A stretch of DNA of 64,000 bases from Candidatus Zymogenus saltonus (GTDB lineage Bacteria > Desulfobacterota > Zymogenia > Zymogenales > Zymogenaceae). The notes under the pieces were generated by a model. It saw only the letters and a list, made by a program, of their open reading frames with translations. It did no database searches and was not told the origin of the DNA. Below are positions 17,086 through 27,479 of the stretch, one piece after another (position 1 is the stretch's first letter; every line of letters begins with the position of its first letter). The stretch lies in contig JAFGIX010000052.1 in the NCBI GenBank assembly GCA_016929395.1, forward strand, positions 7,151 to 71,150, in the 5' to 3' direction. The translations under genes and the position numbers were made by a program.

Positions 17086-20000
17086 ATGGAACGCAGGGCA
17101 CACAGAATAGAGGTAGGCCTTAGGCGCCGGTTCAAGGACGCCCTGGGCGACAAGATGAAAAAGAGGATCGCCGAAGACCTCAAGATCGACGTCGACTCCG
17201 TAAAGACGATAAACGTCTACACCATCGACGCCGACTTCAAAGATAGCGAGCTAACGAAGATCGCCGAAAACCTCCTCGTCGATCCTATCGTGGAGACCTA
17301 CTCGATCGACTCCCCCTTGGGCGCTCTATGGGGCGAGTTCGATTTCGCCGTGGAGGTCTCGTATCTCCCGGGGGTCACCGACAACGTGGGGAGGACGGCG
17401 ACCGAGGGCATAAAGCTCATCTTTCCGGGGAGTCTCGGCAAAAAGGAGAAGGCCTACTCCTCCGTCCAATACCTCATCTCCGGCAAAATAGACAAAGACG
17501 ATGCTGAGACGATAGCGAAGAAGCTCCTGGGAAACGGCCTAATCCAGAGGTTCACCATTTTGGACGAAGGCAACTTCAAAAAGTCGGACGGGATTCTCCC
17601 CTACGTCCCCAAGGTCACCGGCGCCCACACAAACGAGGTAAGGGGCGTTAAACTTGACGTTAGCGACGACGAGCTTATGAAGATAAGCAGGGAAGGTGTC
17701 CTGGCGCTGTCGCTCGAGGAGATGAAGGAGATTCAATCTTACGTCCACGACAATAAGGTCGTTGCGGGAAGGGAAAGAGCCGGGCTGGGAAATATGGTCA
17801 CGGATGTGGAGCTGGAGGCGTTGGCCCAGACCTGGTCGGAGCACTGCAAGCACAAGATATTCAACGCCGATATAGACTACGTGGATGACGGTAAGACAGA
17901 AAAGATCACGAGCCTCTTTGACACGTATATCAAGGGGGCCACCAAGAAGATCAGGAAGAAAAAGGGGCGCAAAGATTTTTGCCTCTCCGTCTTCGTTGAC
18001 AACGCCGGGGTTATAAGCTTCAACGAAGACCACAACCTCGTCTTCAAGGTGGAGACACACAACAGCCCCTCCGCCCTCGATCCCTACGGCGGGGCACTGA
18101 CGGGGATCGTCGGGGTGAACAGGGACCCCTTCGGGACGGGGATGGGGGCCAGGCTCATCTTCAACACCGATGTCTTCTGCTTTGCAGACCCAAACTTCAA
18201 GGGGGACATCCCCCCTAGGCTCCTCCACCCGAAGAGGGTCTACGAGGGGGTGAGGGAGGGGGTGGAGCACGGCGGAAACAAGAGCGGCATCCCGACGGTA
18301 AACGGGACGATCGTATTCGACGACCGCTTTCTGGGAAAGCCCCTCGTATACTGCGGCACGGGGGGGATAATGCCGAAGAAAGTGGGCAACCGCCCCTCCC
18401 ACAAGAAGCGCGCCCGGGTGGGCGACAAGATCGTCATGACCGGCGGCCGCATCGGCGCCGACGGCATCCACGGCGCGACCTTCTCATCGGAGGAGCTTCA
18501 CGAGGGCTCCCCGGCAACGGCGGTCCAGATAGGCGACCCGATAACCCAGAAGCGAATGACCGACATGCTCCTCGTCGCCAGAGACCTCGGCCTCTACAAC
18601 GCCATAACCGACAACGGCGCCGGCGGCCTCTCATCGTCGGTGGGCGAGATGGCAAGGGACACCGGCGGGTGCATCCTCCACCTCGAGAGGGCGCCCCTCA
18701 AGTACGAAGGTCTTCGTCCCTGGGAGATCCTCCTCTCGGAGGCTCAGGAGAGAATGACGCTTGCCGTCCCCCCGGATAAGCTCGACAGTTTCCTCGATCT
18801 GGCCGAGAGGATGGACGTGGAGGCGACTGTCCTTGGGGAATACACCGACTCCGGCAAATTCCACATCCTCTTCGAGGGGAAGACAGCGGCGTACCTCGAC
18901 ATGGACTTCCTCCACGAAGGGAATCCGAAGATGAAGCTCACGGCCAAGTGGACCCCCCCGAAACACCCGGAGCCGGGAGAGAGTGACCTTCCTCTTCCGG
19001 AAGACCTGAACGATGCACTGTTGAAGCTGCTGGGGAGGCTCAACGTTGCCAGCAAGGAGTCGGTCGTCCGCCAGTACGACCATGAGGTACAGGGGACGAG
19101 CGTCATAAAGCCTCTTGTTGGTATTAAAGACGACGGCCCCTCCGACGCCGCCGTGCTGACCCCGGTTCTGGGGAAAAGGGAGGGGGTAGTCGTATCGAGC
19201 GGCATCTGCCCGAAGTTCTCAGACATCGACACCTACCGGATGGCAAAGATCGCCGTGGACGAGGCGGTCAGAAACGCGGTCGCCGTGGGCGGAAACATCG
19301 ACTACATGGCGGGCCTCGACAACTTCTGCTGGTGCGACCCGGTGAAGAGCGAAAAGACCCCGGACGGCGAGCACAAGCTCGCCCAGCTCGTTAGGGCGAA
19401 CAGGGGCCTCTACGACATAACGACCCACTACGGGATACCGATGATCTCGGGAAAGGACAGCATGAAGAACGACTACATGATCGGGGAGACAAAGATATCT
19501 ATCCCCCCAACGATCCTCTTTTCCATCATCGGAAGGATCGACGACGTGACCAGGTGCGTCACCATGGACGTCAAGAGCGGCGGCGATCTCGTCTATGTCC
19601 TTGGGATTACCAAAGAGGAGATGGGAGGGAGCGAATACTTCGCTCATCACGGATTTATCGGAAACTCGGTCCCGACTGTGGACGAGAGGTCAAACCTCCT
19701 CCTCTACCGCGCCCTTTACAAGGCGATTCGGGCCCGCCTCGTCAGGTCGTGCCACGACGTCTCCGACGCCGGGCTCGGGGCGGCGCTGGCCGAGAGCGCC
19801 TTCTCCGGCGAGCTGGGGATGGAGATAGACCTGAAATCCGTTCCAAGAGAGGGCGTCACGAGGGACGACTACCTCCTCTTCTCCGAGTCCCAGGGGAGGT
19901 TTGTAGTGACCGTAAGGCCCAAGGACGCATCGAGCTTCGAGAGGGTTGTTAAAAAGTCGGGCTTTGCCCGCGTGGGGATTGTAACCGAGGAGAAACGCCT

Positions 20001-20088
20001 CGTCATTACTGGTCTCTCTGGGAAGGTTGTTGTTAATATAGAGATCGGGAAGTTGAAGGAGGCATGGCAAAAGCCGTTGATGTTTTGA
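17086..20088 (+). CDS. purL: phosphoribosylformylglycinamidine synthase synthetase subunit with fused PurS-like N-terminus
   Basis: QTWSEHCKHKIF, KVETHNSPS, DNGAGGLSS, LLSEAQERM, ISGKDSM and SCHDVSD. Confidence 0.95.
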   Translation: MERRAHRIEVGLRRRFKDALGDKMKKRIAEDLKIDVDSVKTINVYTIDADFKDSELTKIAENLLVDPIVETYSIDSPLGALWGEFDFAVEVSYLPGVTDNVGRTATEGIKLIFPGSLGKKEKAYSSVQYLISGKIDKDDAETIAKKLLGNGLIQRFTILDEGNFKKSDGILPYVPKVTGAHTNEVRGVKLDVSDDELMKISREGVLALSLEEMKEIQSYVHDNKVVAGRERAGLGNMVTDVELEALAQTWSEHCKHKIFNADIDYVDDGKTEKITSLFDTYIKGATKKIRKKKGRKDFCLSVFVDNAGVISFNEDHNLVFKVETHNSPSALDPYGGALTGIVGVNRDPFGTGMGARLIFNTDVFCFADPNFKGDIPPRLLHPKRVYEGVREGVEHGGNKSGIPTVNGTIVFDDRFLGKPLVYCGTGGIMPKKVGNRPSHKKRARVGDKIVMTGGRIGADGIHGATFSSEELHEGSPATAVQIGDPITQKRMTDMLLVARDLGLYNAITDNGAGGLSSSVGEMARDTGGCILHLERAPLKYEGLRPWEILLSEAQERMTLAVPPDKLDSFLDLAERMDVEATVLGEYTDSGKFHILFEGKTAAYLDMDFLHEGNPKMKLTAKWTPPKHPEPGESDLPLPEDLNDALLKLLGRLNVASKESVVRQYDHEVQGTSVIKPLVGIKDDGPSDAAVLTPVLGKREGVVVSSGICPKFSDIDTYRMAKIAVDEAVRNAVAVGGNIDYMAGLDNFCWCDPVKSEKTPDGEHKLAQLVRANRGLYDITTHYGIPMISGKDSMKNDYMIGETKISIPPTILFSIIGRIDDVTRCVTMDVKSGGDLVYVLGITKEEMGGSEYFAHHGFIGNSVPTVDERSNLLLYRALYKAIRARLVRSCHDVSDAGLGAALAESAFSGELGMEIDLKSVPREGVTRDDYLLFSESQGRFVVTVRPKDASSFERVVKKSGFARVGIVTEEKRLVITGLSGKVVVNIEIGKLKEAWQKPLMF

Positions 20089-20172
20089 CCCGGTAAAAAA
20101 ATGAAGACGCAAATAGAAACGCGAAAAATTGTACCTTTAAAAAGCTGAACGAAAAGGATTGAAAAATTTGTC

Positions 20173-21018
20173 ATGAAAGACGGAGTAAAGGTAATAACAA
20201 TATCGGGAAACGGGACGAACTGCGAGATGGAGACCGCCTTCGCCTTCAGGCTGGCGGGGGCCGATGTCTCCGACATCGTCCACATAAGCCGGATAGTCTA
20301 CGGCGAGGTAAAGCTTGACGACTACCACATCCTCGCCCTGGCGGGCGGCTTTTTGGACGGCGACGACCTCGGCGCCGCAAAGGCGATGGCCAACAGGCTC
20401 AAGTTCTCAAAGATGGTGGAGACGGGCGAGAGGCTGATAGATTCCATCATGGAGTTCGTCTCCGACGAGAAGTTGATAATAGGAATATGCAACGGCTTTC
20501 AGCTGATGGTGAAGCTCGGTCTCCTTCCCGCGGTCAATAAGACCTACGGCACCCAGTCCACTACCATCACCTACAACGACTCGGGGCGCTTCGAGGACAG
20601 GTGGGTATATCTTCATGTGGACGAGAAATCTCCCTCCGTCTTCACGAAGGGGATTACGGACCTCTACCTCCCCGTGAGGCACGGCGAGGGAAAATTCGTC
20701 GCCGAGGATAAAGTCCTCGATGAGATGGAGAAGAAAAACCTCGTCATCTTCAGATACTCCGACGAGAATTACAATCCCACCATGGAGTACCCGAAAAATC
20801 CGAACGGCTCCTTTCGATCGATCGCCGGGATAAGCGACGAGTCGGGCCGGTTGATGGCGCTGATGCCCCATCCCGAGGGATTCATGTCGTTTACGCAACA
20901 TCCCCGCTGGACGAGGGAGTACTCCCAAAATGGCTCGTCGGATACACAAAACCGGGAGGGGAAGGGACTCCTCATCTTCAAGAACGGGGTTCGGTACGTC
21001 CGGGAAAACCTCCTCTGA
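20173..21018 (+). CDS. purQ: FGAM synthase glutaminase subunit
   Basis: GTNCE, GGFLDGD, GICNGFQ, PVRHGEG and MPHPE. Confidence 0.95.
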   Translation: MKDGVKVITISGNGTNCEMETAFAFRLAGADVSDIVHISRIVYGEVKLDDYHILALAGGFLDGDDLGAAKAMANRLKFSKMVETGERLIDSIMEFVSDEKLIIGICNGFQLMVKLGLLPAVNKTYGTQSTTITYNDSGRFEDRWVYLHVDEKSPSVFTKGITDLYLPVRHGEGKFVAEDKVLDEMEKKNLVIFRYSDENYNPTMEYPKNPNGSFRSIAGISDESGRLMALMPHPEGFMSFTQHPRWTREYSQNGSSDTQNREGKGLLIFKNGVRYVRENLL

Positions 21019-21191
21019 TCAATGCCCGCCGGACTATTAAGTGTATTTCGATCCCCACATCCCTATCCCAATAAATTTGCCAATAATCCCTCTTAGTTGT
21101 TGATGATCTGAGGTGGCAATTTTTCAAAACAGGGCTTCTTTTGGGAAACAACCCCCTCCCCCTTCACTCAATAAAAATCAACTCAAAGTTC

Positions 21192-21220
21192 TTGACAATC
21201 TGGCCATTTAATGATTTAAT
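21192..21220 (+). promoter_or_regulatory. sigma70 promoter of rpmH
   Basis: TTGACA-N17-TTTAAT with extended TG. Confidence 0.6.
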
Positions 21221-21268
21221 TATGAAGTTTTATGGTAAAATCTCATTTAGAAATAGAGGTATAGGTTT

Positions 21269-21403
21269 ATGAAAAGGACATTTCAGCCAAGCAACTTAAA
21301 GAGAAAGAGAAACCACGGTTTTTTGAAGAGGATGAGCAGTCCCGGCGGCAGGAACGTTATAAAAAGGAGAAGGGCAAAGGGGAGAAAGAGGCTCTCCGCG
21401 TGA
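21269..21403 (+). CDS. rpmH: 50S ribosomal protein L34
   Basis: Hand translation [44 protein letters not shown] (44 aa, below the ORF track cut-off). Confidence 0.97.
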   Translation: MKRTFQPSNLKRKRNHGFLKRMSSPGGRNVIKRRRAKGRKRLSA

Positions 21404-21850
21404 TAAAAAAGCGAAGGGCGGCTCTTGATTGGATTTGTTGGGGAAGAATAGGGAAAGTGAGGGGAATGAAAGGCGGAGGAAAGGGGGAGGAGAGCAGATC
21501 CCGTTCGCGATGCTTCCTTAAATAACCGCTGTTCAAATAGTCTTTGCCTTGACCTACAAAATCCGACAAAACATTTTTTCATCTTAAGCGGCCGGTCATT
21601 ACTGCTTTAAGAGCTTTCACGCCCCGGGTTATATTTTTCAGGGGCGGTTTTGTTTTTTACGGTAGGGGTTGGGCGAATTTCTTGGGGTGGGCGAATTTTT
21701 TAAGGGGGAGGCAAATATTGCTCGGGGAATTTGCCTTTTTTGGGATTGGAAACGCGGCTCAATTATCGGGGCAAGATTAGACAGGAGTGCCGATCTAATT
21801 TCAAGATATTTTACTTAGGTTTTTTTACAAACAAAACTGCCGGGAATTCG

Positions 21851-22249
21851 GTGGAAAAAAAGACTTTTTCCAGAAGCGAGAGAATCAGAAAGAAAACCGA
21901 TTTTGAAAGGTTCAAACTTTACAGGGGAAAAACCACGAAGGTGTTTGGCGGCCCCTTTGTCATCATTCAGCTTCCGAACAATCTGGACATCACCCGAATC
22001 GGAATAAGGGTGCCCAAGAAGATCGGCAAGGCGTACGTGAGAAACAGGATAAAGAGATTAATCAGGGAAGTATTTAGACAGAACAAGAAGGCCTTCCCCC
22101 CTTCGGCCGACCTCCTGATCATCGTTACGGAAAGGCCCGGTGCCCTCTCTCTGAATTTCTTCATGGAAGAAATCATCGGCGCCGTATCGAGATTATCGGA
22201 GAAGTTGAAAACCGACCGTGAAAAAGGTCAAACTGAGAATGGATTTTGA
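21851..22249 (+). CDS. rnpA: ribonuclease P protein component
   Basis: ERIRKKTDF and RIGIRVPKKIGKAYVRNRIKRLIREVFR (RNR motif); GTG start inferred. Confidence 0.92.
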   Translation: MEKKTFSRSERIRKKTDFERFKLYRGKTTKVFGGPFVIIQLPNNLDITRIGIRVPKKIGKAYVRNRIKRLIREVFRQNKKAFPPSADLLIIVTERPGALSLNFFMEEIIGAVSRLSEKLKTDREKGQTENGF

Positions 22250-22345
22250 AGATTTTGATTGCTAAATAAAGTGCCGCAGATAATAAAGGATAAATAGAAA
22301 ACATGTCATTAAATTATATAATCGGAAAATATTGGAGACCCACAC

Positions 22346-24001
22346 ATGGATAAAAAGACCCTTTTGGCCATCGTCCTCTCCTTCCTTATACTTATAATCT
22401 GGCAGAAATTTCTAGTAAAGCCGCCGGAGAAACCCGCTCCCGGTGAAGAGAGCACCACCGAGGAGATTACAAAAGAAGAATCGACAAAAACCGATGAGCC
22501 GGACGCCGAAAAGACCCCCGTGGAGACCGCAAAACCGGAGCCCAAGGGGAAAAAGTCCCCGACTCCGGTCGAGGAGGCGGGGAGGGAGATCGAAATTACA
22601 ACCCCGAAATACAACGCTGTACTGACCACCGAAGGGGGAAGGATTTCCTCCTTCAGACTGAACGATTACTCGGAAGCGATAGAGGAAAACTCGCCTCCGG
22701 TCGATATAATTCTCGAAGAGGTGAAGGACCTCTCCCCTAAGATCGCCTTCGACACAAATCTCGAGGAGTTCAGCGAGGATATAGTATATGCCACAGAGGC
22801 GACGGATAAGATCGAGCTGAATGAGGGCGATGAGCCTAAAAGCGTCGTTCTTGTCTGGGAGGGGGAAAATTTCCGGGTCGAGAAGAGCTACACTTTCAAC
22901 CCCGATACCTACGGGATTGATTTTGACTTCAAGATATACAATCTAACCGACAAAAAGGTCAAGGGAGATCTAGATGTATCCCTCTTTGAATATGTGAAGA
23001 AGGAGGAGAAAAAGTCGTTCAGTCTCTTTAGTGGATACCAGTTTCCGGCGAGTTTTCTTGTTTTCATAAACGGAAAAGTGGAGAGGGAAGTTGCGGCGAA
23101 GGTAAAAGAGGGGGAGGATAAGGTCATAAAGGGTGACATATCGTGGATCGGTTTCGACTCAAAATATTTTATGCTGGCCCTTTTGATAAAGGAAGTTCCG
23201 GGAGAAACGACGGAGGCGATAAGGCTGGAGACGGAGTTGATCGAGGGCGTCTATAGAGTCGGGGACTTCTCCCTCTCCGCCGGGGAGTCTTTCGAGGGAG
23301 ACATGGGACTGTACCTCGGCCCCAAAGACCCAAAGGCGATGGATGAGGTCGGCCATTCCCTGAGCGAGGCGATCGACTACGGTTTCTTCGCATTCCTCTC
23401 CATTCCCCTTGTAAAGCTTTTGAAGTTCTTCTTTATCATATTCAAGAACTACGGCGTCGCGATAATCCTGCTTACCGTTGTCGTCAGGCTTTTACTGTAT
23501 CCGATAACCCACAAGTCGATGAAGTCGATGAAGGATATGCAGAAGATACAGCCCCTGATGAAGGAGATCCGGGAGAAGTACAAGAACGACAAGGAGAAGA
23601 TGAACCAGGAGGTAATGCGCCTGTACCAGACCCACAAGATAAACCCGCTTGGCGGGTGTCTTCCCCTCTTCCTTCAGCTTCCGATTTTTATCGCCCTCTA
23701 CAAGGCGCTCTATGTCGCCATAGACTTGAGGCACGCCCCGTTCTGGCTGTGGATACAAGACCTCTCGGAGAAGGATCCTTATTACGTGACTCCCATCGTC
23801 ATGGGGCTCTCATATTTTCTCCAGCAGAAGCTCACACCCACCGGCGCCGATCCCACCCAGCAGAAGATTATGCTCATGATGCCGATTGTCTTTACGGTCA
23901 TCTTCCTCAACCTCCCTTCGGGATTGGTGCTCTATTTTCTCGTGAGCAACATCTTGTCAATAGCCCAGCAGCTTGTGACAAACAAGATAGTAAAGGATTA
24001 A
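22346..24001 (+). CDS. yidC: membrane protein insertase YidC
   Basis: N-terminal TM, periplasmic domain, NYGVAIILLT, NPLGGCLP and PSGLVLY. Confidence 0.95.
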   Translation: MDKKTLLAIVLSFLILIIWQKFLVKPPEKPAPGEESTTEEITKEESTKTDEPDAEKTPVETAKPEPKGKKSPTPVEEAGREIEITTPKYNAVLTTEGGRISSFRLNDYSEAIEENSPPVDIILEEVKDLSPKIAFDTNLEEFSEDIVYATEATDKIELNEGDEPKSVVLVWEGENFRVEKSYTFNPDTYGIDFDFKIYNLTDKKVKGDLDVSLFEYVKKEEKKSFSLFSGYQFPASFLVFINGKVEREVAAKVKEGEDKVIKGDISWIGFDSKYFMLALLIKEVPGETTEAIRLETELIEGVYRVGDFSLSAGESFEGDMGLYLGPKDPKAMDEVGHSLSEAIDYGFFAFLSIPLVKLLKFFFIIFKNYGVAIILLTVVVRLLLYPITHKSMKSMKDMQKIQPLMKEIREKYKNDKEKMNQEVMRLYQTHKINPLGGCLPLFLQLPIFIALYKALYVAIDLRHAPFWLWIQDLSEKDPYYVTPIVMGLSYFLQQKLTPTGADPTQQKIMLMMPIVFTVIFLNLPSGLVLYFLVSNILSIAQQLVTNKIVKD

Positions 24002-24010
24002 GGTTCCGTA

Positions 24011-24673
24011 ATGGATTCTAACGATCACGCAGGACAGAACGAGGATTTGGGCATAGTCGTAACCGGCGTCGACCTCGAGGACGCCCTTAAAAGCGCGGCG
24101 GGTCAACTCGGATTGGATCGGAACAGCATGGAGTATCGGGTTATAGATTCGGGAGCGGGGGGAATCTTCGGGCTTCTGGGCAAGAAAAAGATCACCATCA
24201 GGGCGTGGGAGGCCGACTCCCAGAGGGCATTAAGAGACGCAATAGAGTTCCTGTCCGAGATATTGAGAAAGATGAAAATAGGCGCCAGGGTTGAGGGCGT
24301 CGAGGACGAAGACGGATTGAATCTCAATATCAGGGGGGAATCGGAAGGTTTAGTCATCGGAAGGCGGGGACAGACGCTGGACGCCCTTCAGTACATCACA
24401 AATAGATACATTCAGCGAATCCACGAGGGGAGGATACGGGTGGTCATCGACAGCGAGGGATACAGGAGCCGTCGTGAGCAATCGATCAGGAAGATAGCCA
24501 TAAGCCTCGGCAAAAAGGCAAAGAGGCTCGGGAAACCGGTTGCGGCCGAGCCTATGGGCTCCGTGGAGAGAAGGCTCTTTCACCTGGCACTGAAGACGGA
24601 TAAAGAGCTCAAGACGGAGAGCCGGGGGGAGGGCGAGAAGAGAAAGGTCATAATCTATCCGGTCAAGAGATAA
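24011..24673 (+). CDS. jag: Jag/KhpB (EloR) RNA-binding protein
   Basis: Jag-N domain, KH IGRRGQTLDALQY and R3H ERRLFH. Confidence 0.92.
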   Translation: MDSNDHAGQNEDLGIVVTGVDLEDALKSAAGQLGLDRNSMEYRVIDSGAGGIFGLLGKKKITIRAWEADSQRALRDAIEFLSEILRKMKIGARVEGVEDEDGLNLNIRGESEGLVIGRRGQTLDALQYITNRYIQRIHEGRIRVVIDSEGYRSRREQSIRKIAISLGKKAKRLGKPVAAEPMGSVERRLFHLALKTDKELKTESRGEGEKRKVIIYPVKR

Positions 24674-24956
24674 GGGTCTTCAATCTTCGATCAACTTCAT
24701 CTTGGCATCAGACTTCAGACCGATTTGCCATTTCAGCGGGGGCTGCGGAATTTTTGACGAGGGAATATCTTTTTAGAATCAAGAGATCTAAGATAAAAGC
24801 CTACGGCCCATAGCAATCAATAGCAATGTCCGATGTCGTCTTTTTTATCACGGCTAAAAAAACTCAAAAGCTCAATATAAGATTACACCCCGGGAGATAT
24901 TCTTCGACTTATAAATTCGCTTCCAACTTTTCCATAACAGCCTTTCTTTTAAATAA

Positions 24957-26432
24957 ATGAACAGAGATTTTGACCGAAAGATCGATGCCGACACAATTGT
25001 CGCGGTGGCGACGCCCTGGGGAGAGGGTGCAATAGGGGTGGTCCGTCTCAGCGGCCCCGATTCCCTCTCCATTGGGAAAAAGCTCTTCAGATTTATCCAA
25101 AAGCCTCAAAAAATCGAAACCCACAGGATGTACCTCGGCGACGTCCTCGACTCCAACGGGAAGGCGATCGACCGCGCCCTTTTTGTCTTCATGGAATCGC
25201 CCAGCTCCTACACCGGGGAAGACGTCGTGGAGCTCCAGTGTCACGGCGGCCCCCTCCTCTTAGAGTCGGTGGTATTGGGAGCCGTGTCCGCGGGGGCGCG
25301 TCCCGCCGAAAACGGGGAGTTCACGAGGCGGGCCTTTATGAACGGGAAGCTCGATCTCGCCCAGGCGGAGGCGGTGCTGGACATTATCACCTCCGTCACA
25401 GAGAGGGGCCTTCTGGTCTCGGCGGGCCAGCTCTTCGGCGGGCTCTCCGGAGAGATCGAGGATATGAAGGAGGCGCTGGTTCTGCTCCTCGCCGACGTGG
25501 AGGCCTCAATAGACTTCCCGGACGAGGAGACCGAGATAATATCCCGGGAGGTCGTCATAAAAGAGTCGGAGCGTATCCTGAAGAGGATAGAAGAACTCCT
25601 CTCCACATACCGCCGGGGGAGGATGCTGAAAGAGGGCGCGAGCGTGGTCATTCTCGGGTGTCCCAACGTGGGGAAGTCGAGCCTGATGAACAGGCTTCTG
25701 GGGGCGGATCGGGCCATCGTAACGGCCGAGCCCGGAACGACCAGAGATACCGTCTGGGACTTTACCAGAATTAACGGCATCCCGCTCAAGATCGTCGACA
25801 CGTGCGGCATCCGGGAGGTCCTGGGCGAAGCGGAGCGGGAGGGGGTCAGAAGGGCATGGGAGGCGGTCTCGGGGGCCGACATAATCCTCCTTGTGATCGA
25901 CGTGACATCGGAAATCGGCAATGAGGAGGAGAGGATGATCTATCTCATCGAGGGCGGGGGGGCCGTAAAGGAGGGAGTCGCAACCCTCGTCGTCCTGAAC
26001 AAGGTCGATCTCCTCGATGTCAATGAACCGGAGGGAAAGGAAGATATGCGTATAAACGAGATGGAAGACCTCCCCTTTCCCTATCTCTTCACCTCAGCTC
26101 TGACGGGCCGGGGGATAGACGATTTGAGATCGGAGATCAGGAGGCTCCTCCTCGATGAGGCGGGGGGAGGCGGGGCCGCTTCCGACAGGATAATCATAAA
26201 CAACGCGAGACACCTTGAGGCCCTCTTGGGCGCAAGGAGATCCCTAACAGAGATATTAAACGGGGAAAATATCTACGGCCCGGGGGAAGGGAGGATCAAA
26301 AGACGTTTTGAGCCGGAGCTACTGGCTGTGGACATCCGCGGTGCGTTGACATCCCTTAAGGAGATTACTGGAGAGGTAGGAGCCGAAGATGTGCTCGACG
26401 CCATTTTCTCCCGATTCTGCGTCGGCAAATAG
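24957..26432 (+). CDS. mnmE: tRNA modification GTPase MnmE
   Basis: DTIVAVATP, SYTGEDVVE, GEFTRRAF, G.PNVGKSS, GTTRD, NKVD and FCVGK. Confidence 0.96.
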   Translation: MNRDFDRKIDADTIVAVATPWGEGAIGVVRLSGPDSLSIGKKLFRFIQKPQKIETHRMYLGDVLDSNGKAIDRALFVFMESPSSYTGEDVVELQCHGGPLLLESVVLGAVSAGARPAENGEFTRRAFMNGKLDLAQAEAVLDIITSVTERGLLVSAGQLFGGLSGEIEDMKEALVLLLADVEASIDFPDEETEIISREVVIKESERILKRIEELLSTYRRGRMLKEGASVVILGCPNVGKSSLMNRLLGADRAIVTAEPGTTRDTVWDFTRINGIPLKIVDTCGIREVLGEAEREGVRRAWEAVSGADIILLVIDVTSEIGNEEERMIYLIEGGGAVKEGVATLVVLNKVDLLDVNEPEGKEDMRINEMEDLPFPYLFTSALTGRGIDDLRSEIRRLLLDEAGGGGAASDRIIINNARHLEALLGARRSLTEILNGENIYGPGEGRIKRRFEPELLAVDIRGALTSLKEITGEVGAEDVLDAIFSRFCVGK

Positions 26433-26467
26433 GGGCATTGATTATTCAAGGCATTTCGGGGGGCAAT

Positions 26468-26483
26468 TGTTTCACGTGAAACA
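26468..26483. promoter_or_regulatory. parS centromere site 1
   Basis: Perfect TGTTTCACGTGAAACA upstream of parAB. Confidence 0.95.
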
Positions 26484-26519
26484 ATTGCCCCTTTTTTTCG
26501 ACGGATCGCCCCCCGGGAG

Positions 26520-26535
26520 TGTTTCACGTGAAACG
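26520..26535. promoter_or_regulatory. parS centromere site 2
   Basis: TGTTTCACGTGAAACG, one mismatch to consensus. Confidence 0.9.
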
Positions 26536-26705
26536 TTTCGGCAATTTAATTCCTTATCGGCAAGACAAGCAGGGGATTTTTTTCAAATTATTGTCATTTT
26601 TATCTTATTATGTTCCATTTTCCACTTCCGATATTTAGAACTTTGTGATATATTACTTCGTATTTTTCGATCTCAATTCAATTCTGTATCAGGCTTAAAT
26701 ACAAT

Positions 26706-27479
26706 ATGGCAGCAAAGGTAATTTGTATTGCAAACCAAAAAGGGGGGGTGGGAAAGACCACCACCGCCGTTAACCTCTCCGCCTCTCTGGCTGCGGCGGA
26801 GAGAAAGACCCTCGTCATCGATATCGATCCTCAGGCCAACGCCGGGAGCGGGCTCGGAGTCGACAAGAACGAGGTCCGTGAGAGCATCTACCAGGTCCTT
26901 ATTGAAAAAACCTCCATATCGAAGATATTATTGAAGCCGAAAAGGGAGCTCCCCTTCCTGATGCTCGCCCCCTCGAACACCGACCTGATCGGAGCGGAGA
27001 TAGAACTTGTCGGGGCTATCGGCAGGGAGCAAAAATTGAAGTCGGGGATCGAAGAGATATTGGACAGATTCGATTATGTCTTGATAGACTGCCCGCCCTC
27101 CCTGGGACTTCTAACCGTAAATTCCCTCACGGCGGCACACAGCATCATCATCCCCCTGCAGTGCGAATACTTCGCCCTGGAGGGGTTGGGTCAGCTATTA
27201 AACACCATAAACATTATCAGAAAGAATATAAACAAACAACTCGTCATCGAGGGTATCCTCCTCACAATGTTCGACTCAAGAAACAACCTGTCCCATCAGG
27301 TTCAGGAGGAGGTGACAAAACATTTCGGCAAACAGGTCTTTAAAAGCGTTATTCCAAGAAACGTTAGTCTCTCGGAATGCTCGAGCTTTGGGCTGCCCAT
27401 CATCCTCTATGACATCAACTCGAAGGGGGCAATGAGCTACCTGGAGCTCACTCAGGAAATTATTCGGAGAGAGAGATAA
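26706..27479 (+). CDS. parA: chromosome partitioning ATPase ParA/Soj
   Basis: NQKGGVGKTTT, DIDPQAN, DCPPSLG and QCEYFALEG. Confidence 0.96.
   Translation: MAAKVICIANQKGGVGKTTTAVNLSASLAAAERKTLVIDIDPQANAGSGLGVDKNEVRESIYQVLIEKTSISKILLKPKRELPFLMLAPSNTDLIGAEIELVGAIGREQKLKSGIEEILDRFDYVLIDCPPSLGLLTVNSLTAAHSIIIPLQCEYFALEGLGQLLNTINIIRKNINKQLVIEGILLTMFDSRNNLSHQVQEEVTKHFGKQVFKSVIPRNVSLSECSSFGLPIILYDINSKGAMSYLELTQEIIRRER

Noticed and set aside
21019..21268. oriC upstream of rpmH
   Set aside because: No TTATCCACA-like cluster and no dnaA seen
21430..21500. Possible RNase P RNA (GAGGAAAG next to rnpA)
   Set aside because: The motif does not continue as GAGGAAAGTCC and no 3' P4 partner is visible
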